DNA of 64,000 nucleotides from an uncultured virus (IMG/VR IMGVR_UViG_3300009093_000038). Taxonomy: Duplodnaviria; Heunggongvirae; Uroviricota; Caudoviricetes. The stretch is from IMG/VR virus record IMGVR_UViG_3300009093_000038. One strand, 5' to 3'. Positions 10,016 through 19,765 of the stretch are shown here, piece after piece (position 1 is the first letter of the stretch; each line of letters begins with the position of its first letter). The notes below the pieces were generated by a model that was not told the DNA's origin, did no database searches, and saw only the letters and a list, made by a program, of their open reading frames with translations. The translations under genes were made by a program, and so were the position numbers.

Positions 10016-11877
10016 TGAATGCGCTTGCACAGATCATCAATTTCATTCTTGAAGCCGAAGATGAAGACTTCGACTTAAAGGACGTTGCTGAGCCAAATCA
10101 AGTCGTCGGCGGGCGCGCCACCGTAAAGCGGTACGGCAGGTTTAAGATTGTTGACACGCCCCGCTACACGTTCCTGATTTCCTACCTGACACCGGTCGCC
10201 TACTACGACAAGCAGACCGAGAATTATTACCAGACCAGCAAGCAGTGGTCTCCCACGACCAACACGCATATCGGCGACTGGAAGGGAATGATCTGGAAAA
10301 GCCCTGAGTGGCAGGCCAACCCCGACAATAAAGAGGAATCGGAATGGGGCGGGCAAAAACACATTTCTGTCCGCTATCCTCGTTTTCATCGCAAGCGCCA
10401 GGCATTCATCAGCAAATTGTTCCGGGAGATGATCCCGCAACTTCAGATGAAGCCCCACGAGAAGCGCCGGATGTACCACGTGCATCCGAAAATGCGTCAA
10501 GGCTCTGGTCTCAGCAAGACCTGGCTTTCTGGCCATCTGAAGCATCATGACAGCGGTGACGAAGGATTGCCGCGTCCAGACGATCCAGGCTATGAGGGAT
10601 TCTTCACTGACTTCGAGCCACACGAGCCGGAGATATTCGACTGGTCCAGCGGTTTGAAGAACATGGACCCGCACGAGACCGGTGAGGACCCGCTCGGTGA
10701 GGCCATGGAGGACGGGGAGAGCGGCAAAGACCTGCAAGGAATATCACCAGAGCTGTTGCAGAAGCAGCTCGATACGCTGCTGCCGTCCATCATCCAAGCC
10801 AAGGAGCGGGATTACGGCAGGAAACTTAAAAAGACGTACGATCACACGAATCCTCACGGTGAGCGTTTTCTTTTTGGTGAGTTCGGTCGTGATGGGTTGA
10901 TGATCACGCTTTTGTTTTTCGATCCTGAGTTCGGGTGGTCGCCGATTCCTTCGGCTGCAAACGAAAGCCTGCTTGATGAGCGTGCCAAGACCGGCATCTT
11001 CATGAAGCAGCTCGACAACGGGCGTCAGGTGTTCTCATCGAAGTGCGATTGCGGTGTGATGCACGGCGGCTATCGCAGCTATGAGGAAGCGAAGGCCAAC
11101 AAGAAGTGCCGTCGCTGCTATCGCGGTGAGATCGAGAAGACGCGCAAGGAAATCGAAAAAGTTGACGAACCGAAGAAGCAGAAAGACATTTTCCAAAACC
11201 GCATGAACAAGCCTGCGGTGATTGGTGAGGCGTACGAGGACGATGATCTCAAGGATGTGGCCGAGCCTCTGCCTGACAGACCGATGTACATTCTCAACAC
11301 TCCGGGCAGAGAGTTTTATTCGGTGACCCGTGACGGGTTCATCAGCCAGTTCCGTGGTAAGCCGAGCGGCCAGTGGCAGATGGTGGGCATGACCGTGCAG
11401 AAGTATGCGGACACCGTGCCTGTTTATCTTCCGTGGCAAAAGCTCGTCGTGCTGCTGAATCAAGGCGAAGCTCTCAGCGGCAAGGTGCGTGATCTGGACC
11501 ACGGCACGACGCGGGAGTGGGGCAACGAAGCCAGGATTTACAAAACAAGTGTAAACGAAAACTTTCCCGACGATGACTTTGGCGGTGACTGGAAAGAGGT
11601 CACCAACCCTGAGAAGGAGATTGGCGCGGTAACTAAAGATGTCTGCGTGAACGCACGCTACGGTCAGGAATTTTGGTTGCGGAACGAAAGAAGCGCAGAC
11701 GGAGTTGCACGACGTGTGCGAGTGAGCGGGAAATGCCAGACATGGAAGACGAGACCAGATGAATTCAAACTCCCAGTCAAGTACGGACTCTATCAGAGCT
11801 TTTATATCACCAATGCTAACGCGGGCGAGTTCTCGACCGTCGAGCCACCCCCAGTCAAGTCTCCGCGAAGACGTTGA
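10015..11877 (+). CDS. Multi-domain putative internal head protein
   Basis: Domains separated by repeated xxE-acidic-LKDV linkers; includes a CxC..CxxC module. Confidence 0.6.
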   Translation: MNALAQIINFILEAEDEDFDLKDVAEPNQVVGGRATVKRYGRFKIVDTPRYTFLISYLTPVAYYDKQTENYYQTSKQWSPTTNTHIGDWKGMIWKSPEWQANPDNKEESEWGGQKHISVRYPRFHRKRQAFISKLFREMIPQLQMKPHEKRRMYHVHPKMRQGSGLSKTWLSGHLKHHDSGDEGLPRPDDPGYEGFFTDFEPHEPEIFDWSSGLKNMDPHETGEDPLGEAMEDGESGKDLQGISPELLQKQLDTLLPSIIQAKERDYGRKLKKTYDHTNPHGERFLFGEFGRDGLMITLLFFDPEFGWSPIPSAANESLLDERAKTGIFMKQLDNGRQVFSSKCDCGVMHGGYRSYEEAKANKKCRRCYRGEIEKTRKEIEKVDEPKKQKDIFQNRMNKPAVIGEAYEDDDLKDVAEPLPDRPMYILNTPGREFYSVTRDGFISQFRGKPSGQWQMVGMTVQKYADTVPVYLPWQKLVVLLNQGEALSGKVRDLDHGTTREWGNEARIYKTSVNENFPDDDFGGDWKEVTNPEKEIGAVTKDVCVNARYGQEFWLRNERSADGVARRVRVSGKCQTWKTRPDEFKLPVKYGLYQSFYITNANAGEFSTVEPPPVKSPRRR

Positions 11878-12553
11878 TTATGACGGAGTCATTCGCGAGG
11901 CAACTGCGTTGTTGAAAGATGGTCCTTTGTCAGCCTCGCACGTGCTGCGTACCTGGGAGGGCATTATCTGGTCGAAGACGGATGACCAGCGTGTAGCAAC
12001 CGATGCTGAAGTGGCTCGCGACGGCAGCAACCGGATCAACCTTTATCCATCCCTGGTCGGCAAGCCCAGGAAGATGGCTGCCTGCATTCTGATCCGCGAG
12101 TTCGGTCATCTGCTGTACGGCAAAGCCAACGAGACGGCCAAGCGCCGGTGGAACAACAAGCTCGGTCTTCCTTCCAGCGCCCAGATCGACGCGGTGCAGG
12201 CGAAGCTGACTCCCAATTTCAAAAGCTACCGGGACTTGGTTGAATCCTTTACTACGGCCATGGATCGTTACGTGGCGCTGAACATCTGCAACGCGCTGAT
12301 CGCGAACGGCGTTCCCTATTCCCAGTCCCAGAACATCCAGCTCAAGCAGTGGGGACCTACGCAGGAGTACTGCAATCGCCGCCGTTATCACGTCTTAATT
12401 CCATTGGTGTCGGCATACTCCTCGAAGGAGGTTTTTGAAGACTTCGGCGCTGCGATGGCGGATTGGGTCTGTGCGATGAACGGCATCACTGAATCAACCG
12501 TTGCGGAAGCCACCCACGAGATCATCCGTGAAGTGGTGGAAGCGATGCGCTAA
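11813..12553 (+). CDS. Degenerate zincin-like protein (start uncertain)
   Basis: ILIREFGHLLY (HExxH with H replaced by R) and YSSKEVFEDF. Confidence 0.45.
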   Translation: MLTRASSRPSSHPQSSLREDVDYDGVIREATALLKDGPLSASHVLRTWEGIIWSKTDDQRVATDAEVARDGSNRINLYPSLVGKPRKMAACILIREFGHLLYGKANETAKRRWNNKLGLPSSAQIDAVQAKLTPNFKSYRDLVESFTTAMDRYVALNICNALIANGVPYSQSQNIQLKQWGPTQEYCNRRRYHVLIPLVSAYSSKEVFEDFGAAMADWVCAMNGITESTVAEATHEIIREVVEAMR

Positions 12554-13140
12554 AGGTTCAGCTTGAGGAATTTCTTTGCCTGGTAGTAGCTCATTTTGAA
12601 TTCCTCTCCGTAATCGCCCCATCCAAAATAGCTGGCCAGCTCGTCCATCTTTGCTTCAATCGGCATTTCCTGCCAGACCTCCTGGTCGATGCCGGTCGGG
12701 CACTCGTTTTCGTAACGACGCCAGTGACTGGGCAACTGGTCCATCGGGATGTGCCCCATCAGATAAAAGGGTCGTTTCATCTGATTGGTCATCAACTCAG
12801 CTTTGGCGATCTTGTAGTTGTCGATGATGCGGTCACGTTCGACGTTGTCCTGCCAATCTGGCTGTTCAGGTGGAAGCTTTGCCAGCATCTCGGGCGGAAC
12901 CTCCACGTCGTGATAGTCAACGTCGCCGCCTTCCTGGTCGATACCACCGAAATGCAAAAGCTGGCGCTTTGCAGGATTAAACCAGGTTCCTCCCCATATC
13001 CAGGGATTGGCATCGCCGCCGATCTGAATCCAATAGCCGTCTGGAGACGGCTCATCGAGCGCTTTTACGTCAATGTCATCATCGTCCATCTCCAGAAGGT
13101 CGCGGACGAGCTGCTGTGCGCCGATAGTGAACTGGCTCAT
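12550..13140 (-). CDS. Hypothetical acidic putative virion protein
   Basis: ATGA-coupled start MSQF; LLE-MDDDDIDVKAL tag. Confidence 0.55.
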   Translation of the reverse strand: MSQFTIGAQQLVRDLLEMDDDDIDVKALDEPSPDGYWIQIGGDANPWIWGGTWFNPAKRQLLHFGGIDQEGGDVDYHDVEVPPEMLAKLPPEQPDWQDNVERDRIIDNYKIAKAELMTNQMKRPFYLMGHIPMDQLPSHWRRYENECPTGIDQEVWQEMPIEAKMDELASYFGWGDYGEEFKMSYYQAKKFLKLNL

Positions 13141-14870
13141 GACAGGACTTCCTCCACGATCTGCGCGGCGCGCCACTGGATGTTCTCACCGAGATGACGC
13201 TTCTTCCCTTCGCGATCCCGGTGGTACTGGATATAATCGCCGACGATGAACGAAGGATCGAATTCCTTGCCCCATTCACGAATGGCTTTGATCGCTTGGG
13301 AGATGCTGCGCAGCAGTTTGTAGTAGGTCGGTCCGTCCAGGTTCCTTCGGAAATAATCCACCATCTGAGTGAATTTCATCTCTGATCCATCCGCCAAGCG
13401 CCAGCGGGTGGCCGGATAGGGTGGCTGCAAGTCCACCAGGTCGTCGATGAACGTGATCATCAGAATCTTGGTCAGCTCTTTCAGCATCCCAGGAAGTTTT
13501 ACGTGGAAAAAGATCGGGATGGCCTGAGACTCGGCAAACTCCGGGTAGTTGTGATTTTTGGAGGCGTAGCGATTCCAGGTGGACAGGGCCGCGCTGCTAC
13601 CGGCGTTGAGCTTATTGATCTGGTCTGGGTCAGAGATGTCCCAGTCAGGGTGGCCTGACTTGATACTGGCTGCCACGGTCAGCGGCACCACCACGTCAAT
13701 GTTCGCGTCGGAGTATAATTTCTCACCGCTGCCCACTCTGTTTTTAGGGCCAGCGTAGCGCACGTCATTCGAGACCTTTTCGCGCATCGGCAGCTCGTTG
13801 AGCTGTTTGCTCATATCGGTCACCGACTCGATGACCGGATACGCGCCTTTGTAAACGAGATTCCCTTCCTTATCGACCAGCACCTTGCCGATGTCCACGT
13901 TGAAAGCCAAAGGCTCGCGTAGCGGAAGTTGCTGGTCAGGCGGAAGGGTTTTATTTTTCTCTTTGACCCGCAGGTTGTAGTTCTCGATCTGGGCGTTGCG
14001 GCGCTCCACCACGGTTCGATTGCTGATGAACTGCTGAGCAGCCGTATAGACGCGCTCGTAGCGGTTTTCCTTCCCCGGCCAGGAACGGCTGAATCCAAAG
14101 TTGTTCCATTTCAAGGCGTCCTGGTCGCCGTAAAGGTACTCGTGCCGTCGCTTTGGCTCGATCTCAGTCTGCCACTCCTGCTCGGCCTGGTCTTGGGGCT
14201 GGCCGCGAATCAGCCGTCCCAGGATGAAAGTCGCGTGGACGCGGTCTCTGACCTTGGTCGCGAGCTGATCTTTGATCCAGTTTTTGAATTTGTAGGTGAG
14301 CAGATCGGAGGCAACACGATCTTCTTTGCCAGCGGCAACCTGGTTACTCTGGAGGATGCGAACGATGGCCTGGTACTTCTCGTGCCAATCCACTCCGTGG
14401 GTGGCTGCCGTGATGTCCGGTGCGAGCGCCATGAGCTGGTCGCTGTCGATGCCCAGGCCCTTCAACTGAAAGGCCACCTGTCGAACTTCTTCGGACCTCA
14501 CACTGGCGTTCGGAAACTCTTGAAAAAATGTGCTGAAGAAGTTGTCCGGCGTGCGTGGCGTGGAATCATCGCCCCATCGCTTGCGTGAGTTCTCGAACGC
14601 CCTCGCGCCGCCGCCCGCCTGATAGAGCATCCAGTCCAGATACTGCTTGGTGGGAGTGGTATCGAGTTCAGCGAACTTCTGGAAGGTCGTCTCATCCATC
14701 AGAGGTCCGATGCCCAGGGGTCTGCCGCCAGGACCTTCTGCGTTCAGCTTTACCGTGGCGTCGAGACGGTATTTTTGCTTGATCGCTTTGAGCTTACGGG
14801 CGGAAGGGTCCGCCTTCTTGCGAGGGGCGGCCTTCTTTTCAGGCTCTGGGTTTGGCGCGGCTTCCGGCAT
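13137..14870 (-). CDS. Hypothetical 577-aa phage protein
   Basis: Long ORF; DTTPTKQYLDW motif; GTATTTA upstream. Confidence 0.65.
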   Translation of the reverse strand: MPEAAPNPEPEKKAAPRKKADPSARKLKAIKQKYRLDATVKLNAEGPGGRPLGIGPLMDETTFQKFAELDTTPTKQYLDWMLYQAGGGARAFENSRKRWGDDSTPRTPDNFFSTFFQEFPNASVRSEEVRQVAFQLKGLGIDSDQLMALAPDITAATHGVDWHEKYQAIVRILQSNQVAAGKEDRVASDLLTYKFKNWIKDQLATKVRDRVHATFILGRLIRGQPQDQAEQEWQTEIEPKRRHEYLYGDQDALKWNNFGFSRSWPGKENRYERVYTAAQQFISNRTVVERRNAQIENYNLRVKEKNKTLPPDQQLPLREPLAFNVDIGKVLVDKEGNLVYKGAYPVIESVTDMSKQLNELPMREKVSNDVRYAGPKNRVGSGEKLYSDANIDVVVPLTVAASIKSGHPDWDISDPDQINKLNAGSSAALSTWNRYASKNHNYPEFAESQAIPIFFHVKLPGMLKELTKILMITFIDDLVDLQPPYPATRWRLADGSEMKFTQMVDYFRRNLDGPTYYKLLRSISQAIKAIREWGKEFDPSFIVGDYIQYHRDREGKKRHLGENIQWRAAQIVEEVLS

Positions 14871-14923
14871 ATCAACCGTAAATACGTTCTTCTGAGATAT
14901 AGAATGCGAAAGAAAATGTAAAC

Positions 14924-15487
14924 ATGGGTCTTGATCCAGCAGACGTTCTAAAAATGCAGGAGCGCCTGGAGCGCAACCGCCGCCCGCGCCCTATGGTGAC
15001 GGCTCCGGCTCCGGCCAGGACGCCTCCGCCGCCCGCGCCGCCACAGGTGGAATCGTCGTCTGCGCGGTCCATCGTTTTTGCCAATCTTGACGAGTTCGAC
15101 ATGCGCCAGTTCACGTACCGGGGTGCGCCAATGGGCAAGCCGCGCATGACACAGCGGGATAAGTTTGTCAAAAGGCCGAAGGTGCAGCGCTATTGGGCAT
15201 TCAAGGATGCCATCCGACTGGCGGCTGGCACGCTTCCGCCATTGCCCGAGCTGGTGCTGGTCTTTGCCCACGTGGCCATGCCGAAGTCTTGGAAGAAAGC
15301 CAAGATGGCTGAGTTGGCAGGCAAGCCCTGCCGTGGACGGCCTGATTGGGACAACATCGGTAAGGCCGTATGCGATTCTCTGTTCGATGAAGACTGCTGC
15401 ATCTGGCTCGGAATGACAATGAAGCACTGGTGCTACGCAGGCGAAGAACGTGTCGATGTGAAAGTTTTTTATGCTAAATCCAAATGA
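14924..15487 (+). CDS. rusA: RusA-family Holliday junction resolvase
   Basis: GKPRMT..MPKSW..RPDWDNIGKAVCDSL..ED. Confidence 0.85.
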   Translation: MGLDPADVLKMQERLERNRRPRPMVTAPAPARTPPPPAPPQVESSSARSIVFANLDEFDMRQFTYRGAPMGKPRMTQRDKFVKRPKVQRYWAFKDAIRLAAGTLPPLPELVLVFAHVAMPKSWKKAKMAELAGKPCRGRPDWDNIGKAVCDSLFDEDCCIWLGMTMKHWCYAGEERVDVKVFYAKSK

Positions 15488-15824
15488 AGTCAGTCCTCGG
15501 CACCTGCCACCGATGCAGGCCGCCATCCTGAAACATCGTTCGATCCTGGATGAGTATCAGGTCGCCAACCTCTATAAGACGGCCAGGGAAATCCTTTTCA
15601 CCGGCGCGCCGAAGGTAAACGATCCGAACATCCTGGTATCCAATATCGAGATCAGCAAGGGGGTCCGGGTGGTGACTTGTACGGACGCCAAGACGGGTCT
15701 ATTTGTCCAGCTCTCCGGCGCAGTCAAAGAGGGGCCGGATATGGCGGTTATGGCCTTCGGCCACAAGTATTGCCAGGAGGTCCGGGACGGGATGCGCCAG
15801 AATATCGCCACCAAAATCTGGTAG
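15471..15824 (+). CDS. Hypothetical protein
   Basis: ORF in operon context; TAG stop directly before a promoter. Confidence 0.55.
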   Translation: MLNPNEVSPRHLPPMQAAILKHRSILDEYQVANLYKTAREILFTGAPKVNDPNILVSNIEISKGVRVVTCTDAKTGLFVQLSGAVKEGPDMAVMAFGHKYCQEVRDGMRQNIATKIW

Positions 15825-15840
15825 GTCCTGCACAACGGAC

Positions 15841-15868
15841 TTGACTGGAATACAAAATTGTTTACATT
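15841..15868 (+). promoter_or_regulatory. Sigma70-like promoter with TGTTTACA box
   Basis: TTGACT-N16-TACATT, 11 nt before ATG 15880. Confidence 0.7.
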
Positions 15869-15879
15869 TTCTCATAAAG

Positions 15880-16182
15880 ATGAATACCCGACCGAGAAAA
15901 AAGCTCCAACTGAAACCTCGAAAGATCAGAGAACCCCGCACAGTGGTTGTCGCTTTTCGGTTGCGCAGGACGGAAGCCAAGGCGTTGAGCGCTGATCTGA
16001 AGCAAACTCCGGCTGCCGGAGTCAAGTCCCTGAAGCAGTTTGCGCGTAAGATCGTCATCGACTTCTCCAAGAGCCGTCTCCGCTATGTGAATCCAGCGGA
16101 TCGCACGATTGACTGCGACGCGGGAGAACGCCTGGTGGAGATGCGCGCCAAGATGCGCGAAACGTCCACTGCCATTTCATGA
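15880..16182 (+). CDS. Putative ribbon-helix-helix DNA-binding protein
   Basis: RTVVVAFRLRRTEAKAL..SLKQFARKIV pattern; basic. Confidence 0.5.
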   Translation: MNTRPRKKLQLKPRKIREPRTVVVAFRLRRTEAKALSADLKQTPAAGVKSLKQFARKIVIDFSKSRLRYVNPADRTIDCDAGERLVEMRAKMRETSTAIS

Positions 16183-16388
16183 AAGCCTACAACCTGGTAA
16201 AAGATAACGTCGAGGTTTCGTTTCGAATCTACGAAGATAGCGCTGAGATGACCCGCCGTGTGGACGGCAATGTCAGTACCAGTCGCCCTCAGATGACACC
16301 GCTGGAAGCCAACCGCGAAGTCAACGCCCTCCTGCGTGCCGGATTCCGCAATGCCGAGGCCGTGCGGAAAGCCGCCAAGAAAAAGTAA
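16179..16388 (+). CDS. Hypothetical protein
   Basis: ATGA coupling. Confidence 0.55.
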   Translation: MKAYNLVKDNVEVSFRIYEDSAEMTRRVDGNVSTSRPQMTPLEANREVNALLRAGFRNAEAVRKAAKKK

Positions 16389-16409
16389 GCGGTTTCAGTT
16401 CTACTGGGC

Positions 16410-17177
16410 ATGAACGTTAGTTACGTCATGCCTAAGTTTTTATTCTCGCTCACCGTGTTGGCGCTGTTTACCTCCTGCGCTGTCCAACCTGTCGATCGTA
16501 CGCCTGATTTTCTGTACCCAGGGAAACCGGCCAGAAAGCACGTTCGGGCCATGTCGCCCAAGCTGAAGGAGCGTTCGGTCGAGAAAAACAAGTCCATGCT
16601 CAAGGCAGCTCCGTCCTTCGTGGTGCAGCCTCCCGTCGATGTGAGCACGAATCTGTTGTTGTTCACCTGGCAGCACCCTTCGGACTACGTCCCTGGTTCA
16701 ACCGTCAGCTCTTACAATCTCTATTTTGGCGTGACTCCCGGCGTTTACGATGCCGCGATCAATTTTCCCAATTCGAACGATCTCACCAATTATACTCTCC
16801 AGATCGTGGACCAGACGATGAGCACCAATCCGCCCATCGACCTGATGATTTTCCCGAGTGGGGCAGCCTACACGAACACCTTTCGATTTTATTTCGCGCT
16901 CAGCGCTGTGGGATTGCAGGAAGGTGCGTTGTCAAAGGAGATCACCTGGCCTGATCTGCCGTGGAATACGCTTTTCTTGTCGTGGGATTCCGGTCGCGAC
17001 GCCATTATCCAGCAGACGCCAAGCTTGCGTAATCCCGTGTGGACCACGGTCACCAATGTCATCGGTACGAATATGATCTCTCTCCCGATCTCGGGAACGA
17101 ATCTGTTTTACCGGGCAGTCACCACCAATCCACCACCTGTGCAGTTGCACATCAACGGAGCGTACATAGCACCATGA
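16410..17177 (+). CDS. Putative lipoprotein with FN3-like domain
   Basis: Lipobox LFTSC; W..P..SYNLYFG..G.Y; C-terminal WTTVTN..LFYR module. Confidence 0.65.
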   Translation: MNVSYVMPKFLFSLTVLALFTSCAVQPVDRTPDFLYPGKPARKHVRAMSPKLKERSVEKNKSMLKAAPSFVVQPPVDVSTNLLLFTWQHPSDYVPGSTVSSYNLYFGVTPGVYDAAINFPNSNDLTNYTLQIVDQTMSTNPPIDLMIFPSGAAYTNTFRFYFALSAVGLQEGALSKEITWPDLPWNTLFLSWDSGRDAIIQQTPSLRNPVWTTVTNVIGTNMISLPISGTNLFYRAVTTNPPPVQLHINGAYIAP

Positions 17178-17614
17178 GCAAACAACTTGGATTTTTTGTA
17201 GTTAGCAAAAGAACTGGCTACATGCTGGAAGGGAGAGATCATGCAGCGAAGATTTTTGACACGAACGCAGAAGCCCGGAGAGCCTGCAAACCTCTCCAGG
17301 ATCAAATCCCAGTCCCTGTTCAGTATGCCGATGTCGCGAAGGCCCTGCTCAAGGGATCGGCATTCTGTTTCGACAATGAGATCGTTTACGACAAATTCAT
17401 CAAGGGCCTTCGTAACGATCTTCCCAACAAACCCTTTATCGCTTTCAGTAAGGACAGGAATTTCGTCCGCTGGCGGCACACACCTGATGCGAAAACTAAC
17501 CCTGCTCCCGACGTGGCTGCTGATGCGCGCCGTGAGACCGTTTCTGCGAGCGCAGCACCCGTTCAAACAACGCAATTTAACCCTGACCTCCTGGTCCGAG
17601 GGAGCAACGGCTAA
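17174..17614 (+). CDS. Hypothetical protein
   Basis: ATGA coupling. Confidence 0.55.
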   Translation: MSKQLGFFVVSKRTGYMLEGRDHAAKIFDTNAEARRACKPLQDQIPVPVQYADVAKALLKGSAFCFDNEIVYDKFIKGLRNDLPNKPFIAFSKDRNFVRWRHTPDAKTNPAPDVAADARRETVSASAAPVQTTQFNPDLLVRGSNG

Positions 17615-17664
17615 TTGCTTGATGTTTGGCGTCACCTTTTGGGTTGGCTCGTTCAACGCGCTTT

Positions 17665-18114
17665 ATGCCACGTACATTCTCTACACACGTATCTTTGCCG
17701 CCCATTGACTGGCTGAAGGAGGTCCAGGACCGCAAGCTGGAGATCAATGGCGTCAACGTGTGGAAGGCTCTGCACTTTCCATCCTTCGTGCAGGTCATCA
17801 GTCGCAAGAATGACGTGATGACGGAAGTGAAGGTCCTCAAGGACGTGGCTGAATTTCGTCTGACGCGGAGGGGTTCGGACTTTCTGGAGGAGTCTGAAGC
17901 GACCATTTTGATGTTCAAAAAGGCCGATCCACCGCCTAACATTCGGTACTGGCTCAGCGCTTTTCGTCGATTGGCCCGTAATTGCCCTGAAGGGCTTCAG
18001 TTGACGTATGCTGACGGTGAGTTAAGAGTCCTGGCCAAGGATACGAAGGGAAATACCAAAAACGATGACCTGCACCTGGTCGAATCCGTAAAGGTGCCCT
18101 GGCTGAGTATTTAA
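17665..18114 (+). CDS. Hypothetical protein
   Basis: ORF; start uncertain. Confidence 0.5.
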   Translation: MPRTFSTHVSLPPIDWLKEVQDRKLEINGVNVWKALHFPSFVQVISRKNDVMTEVKVLKDVAEFRLTRRGSDFLEESEATILMFKKADPPPNIRYWLSAFRRLARNCPEGLQLTYADGELRVLAKDTKGNTKNDDLHLVESVKVPWLSI

Positions 18115-18117
18115 CGT

Positions 18118-18861
18118 GTGAGTGAACTTGTAAGCGATATTGTTGCGATTGTGACTGAAAGCGATGTCCGAACGCGGAGAGAAAGGGCTGCTTTTGTTGC
18201 CAAGCTCCGTGATGAAATGGGGCTGACCTGGGGTCAAATTGGCAGCCAGCTCAACGTGTCGCTTCAGCGCGCCCAACAGCTCTACACGTTGAACAAGTTC
18301 TTTCAGCGCAGTGCTCGAAGCCCGTTCCGCGATCTCACTACCCGCGCTCGTAATCTTCTCAATAGCATTGCTTCCAGCCAGCGCTGGCCGAGGGACTGGG
18401 AGGACAAGCCGGAACTGGTAACGCAGATGCTCGCACTGCTGAAGGCCATGCCGGAGCGGGAGCTGAAGAAGTTTCGTCAGGCCGGGAAGCGCACGACCGG
18501 TGAGGTAAACGATTTCCTGACCCGGCAGGTGTCGGAAGCATTCGGTGGCGAAGTCGATCCAAAGGACTTTACCACGGCGGAAGACCCGCAGGCAGTGGTG
18601 CAGCTTGTGACCAAGTTTCTCAATGAAAATGGCTTCATGGGCGAGTTTACTGCATGGCCGCCCGAGACGGTCAAAGACCTCAATCCCGAATATGATTTCA
18701 TGGTGGTCATGACTCCTTTCATGGCCGACGCCCTGGAGGAGCGCTGGTCTGCATTCACCGAGCTGGACTCGGTGCTGCGTTCCATGGGTTACGAATACGA
18801 CGTGGCCGGAGAGCCGGGCGATCCGCAGCGCTCACTCAACTTCTTCAAAATAAAAGCCTGA
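18118..18861 (+). CDS. Sigma-region-4-like HTH fused to RNA polymerase alpha-CTD-like domain
   Basis: GLTWGQIGSQLNVSLQRAQQL then DLTTRARNLL..ERELKKFRQAGKRTTGEV. Confidence 0.65.
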   Translation: MSELVSDIVAIVTESDVRTRRERAAFVAKLRDEMGLTWGQIGSQLNVSLQRAQQLYTLNKFFQRSARSPFRDLTTRARNLLNSIASSQRWPRDWEDKPELVTQMLALLKAMPERELKKFRQAGKRTTGEVNDFLTRQVSEAFGGEVDPKDFTTAEDPQAVVQLVTKFLNENGFMGEFTAWPPETVKDLNPEYDFMVVMTPFMADALEERWSAFTELDSVLRSMGYEYDVAGEPGDPQRSLNFFKIKA

Positions 18862-18877
18862 TCCGGTTCTATCTGGC

Positions 18878-19132
18878 ATGAGCCAGATGACTACGGACGA
18901 GACCCTGGAACGCTTCCTGAAAATATGGAGAGACCGGGAACCTCTGTTCAGCCTCGACGATCCTAAAGTGAGGGAAAATTTGATGGTGCTCTTGAGTGCC
19001 AGCCTGAGCGTGCTGTCTCAGGCCCCGGAAGAAGTCGCCAATGATTTCATGGAACGCTGTGCAAATATCGCTAAAGAGATCGTGCCGGAGGATGTGCAGG
19101 ACAAAATCATCGGGCGACGAACTTCTACTTGA
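18878..19132 (+). CDS. Hypothetical protein
   Basis: GTTCTA-N6-ATG. Confidence 0.55.
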   Translation: MSQMTTDETLERFLKIWRDREPLFSLDDPKVRENLMVLLSASLSVLSQAPEEVANDFMERCANIAKEIVPEDVQDKIIGRRTST

Positions 19133-19163
19133 TTTTGTTTACAAAAACTTTCAAAGTGTCCAC

Positions 19164-19400
19164 ATGAGTCTTCCACTTCAAGACTGTCTGTTTTTTCGTG
19201 CGGCCAGGGGCGACGAGAAAGCGTTCGACAGTCTTGTGAAACGGCTGGCTTACAACATCGTTAAGGGTCATTTCACCATGTACCCTTGCAGTCACGAACC
19301 TCGTTGCGTGGAATGCACTGATGAGGAGCTGGAGGCGCTGACCAAGCGCCTTGAGCCTGCGCTTCAGGTGGAAAAGGAAAAAATCCAAAATCAGAAATGA
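19164..19400 (+). CDS. Hypothetical protein
   Basis: ORF downstream of TGTTTACA box. Confidence 0.4.
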   Translation: MSLPLQDCLFFRAARGDEKAFDSLVKRLAYNIVKGHFTMYPCSHEPRCVECTDEELEALTKRLEPALQVEKEKIQNQK

Positions 19401-19723
19401 ACATTCGAATCGTAGCGTTGCACGAAGGTCCGGCTGACGGAATGAAGACCATGGCCTCGCACAGCACTGCCGTCCACGACGGCCAGGCTTACGTGTGGGA
19501 CGGCGGAGAGGATCGGTCTCGTTTCGTCCATGCCATGACCCTGCTATCGCGGCAGCCTCGCGAGCTGGTTATCCAGGAGCAGGAGAAGATGCGAGATTTT
19601 ATCAATCACCCCGAGCGTAATTGGAACGTTGACCCTCGATCAGAAAAAGGACCGCTTCACGGCATACCAGAGTGGCGTCTCAATTTATGGATTGCCCTGT
19701 TTCAGTACGGGGAAGTCGCATAG
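19397..19723 (+). CDS. Hypothetical protein
   Basis: ATGA coupling. Confidence 0.55.
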   Translation: MNIRIVALHEGPADGMKTMASHSTAVHDGQAYVWDGGEDRSRFVHAMTLLSRQPRELVIQEQEKMRDFINHPERNWNVDPRSEKGPLHGIPEWRLNLWIALFQYGEVA

Positions 19724-19765
19724 CGGTGCCTGGCGCGTTTCATGTTCGCGCCAGGCACTGGCTAT
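19720..19765. terminator. Long hairpin between convergent genes
   Basis: CGGTGCCTGGCGCG-N9-CGCGCCAGGCACTG, extendable by ATAG/CTAT; no clear U-tract. Confidence 0.6.
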
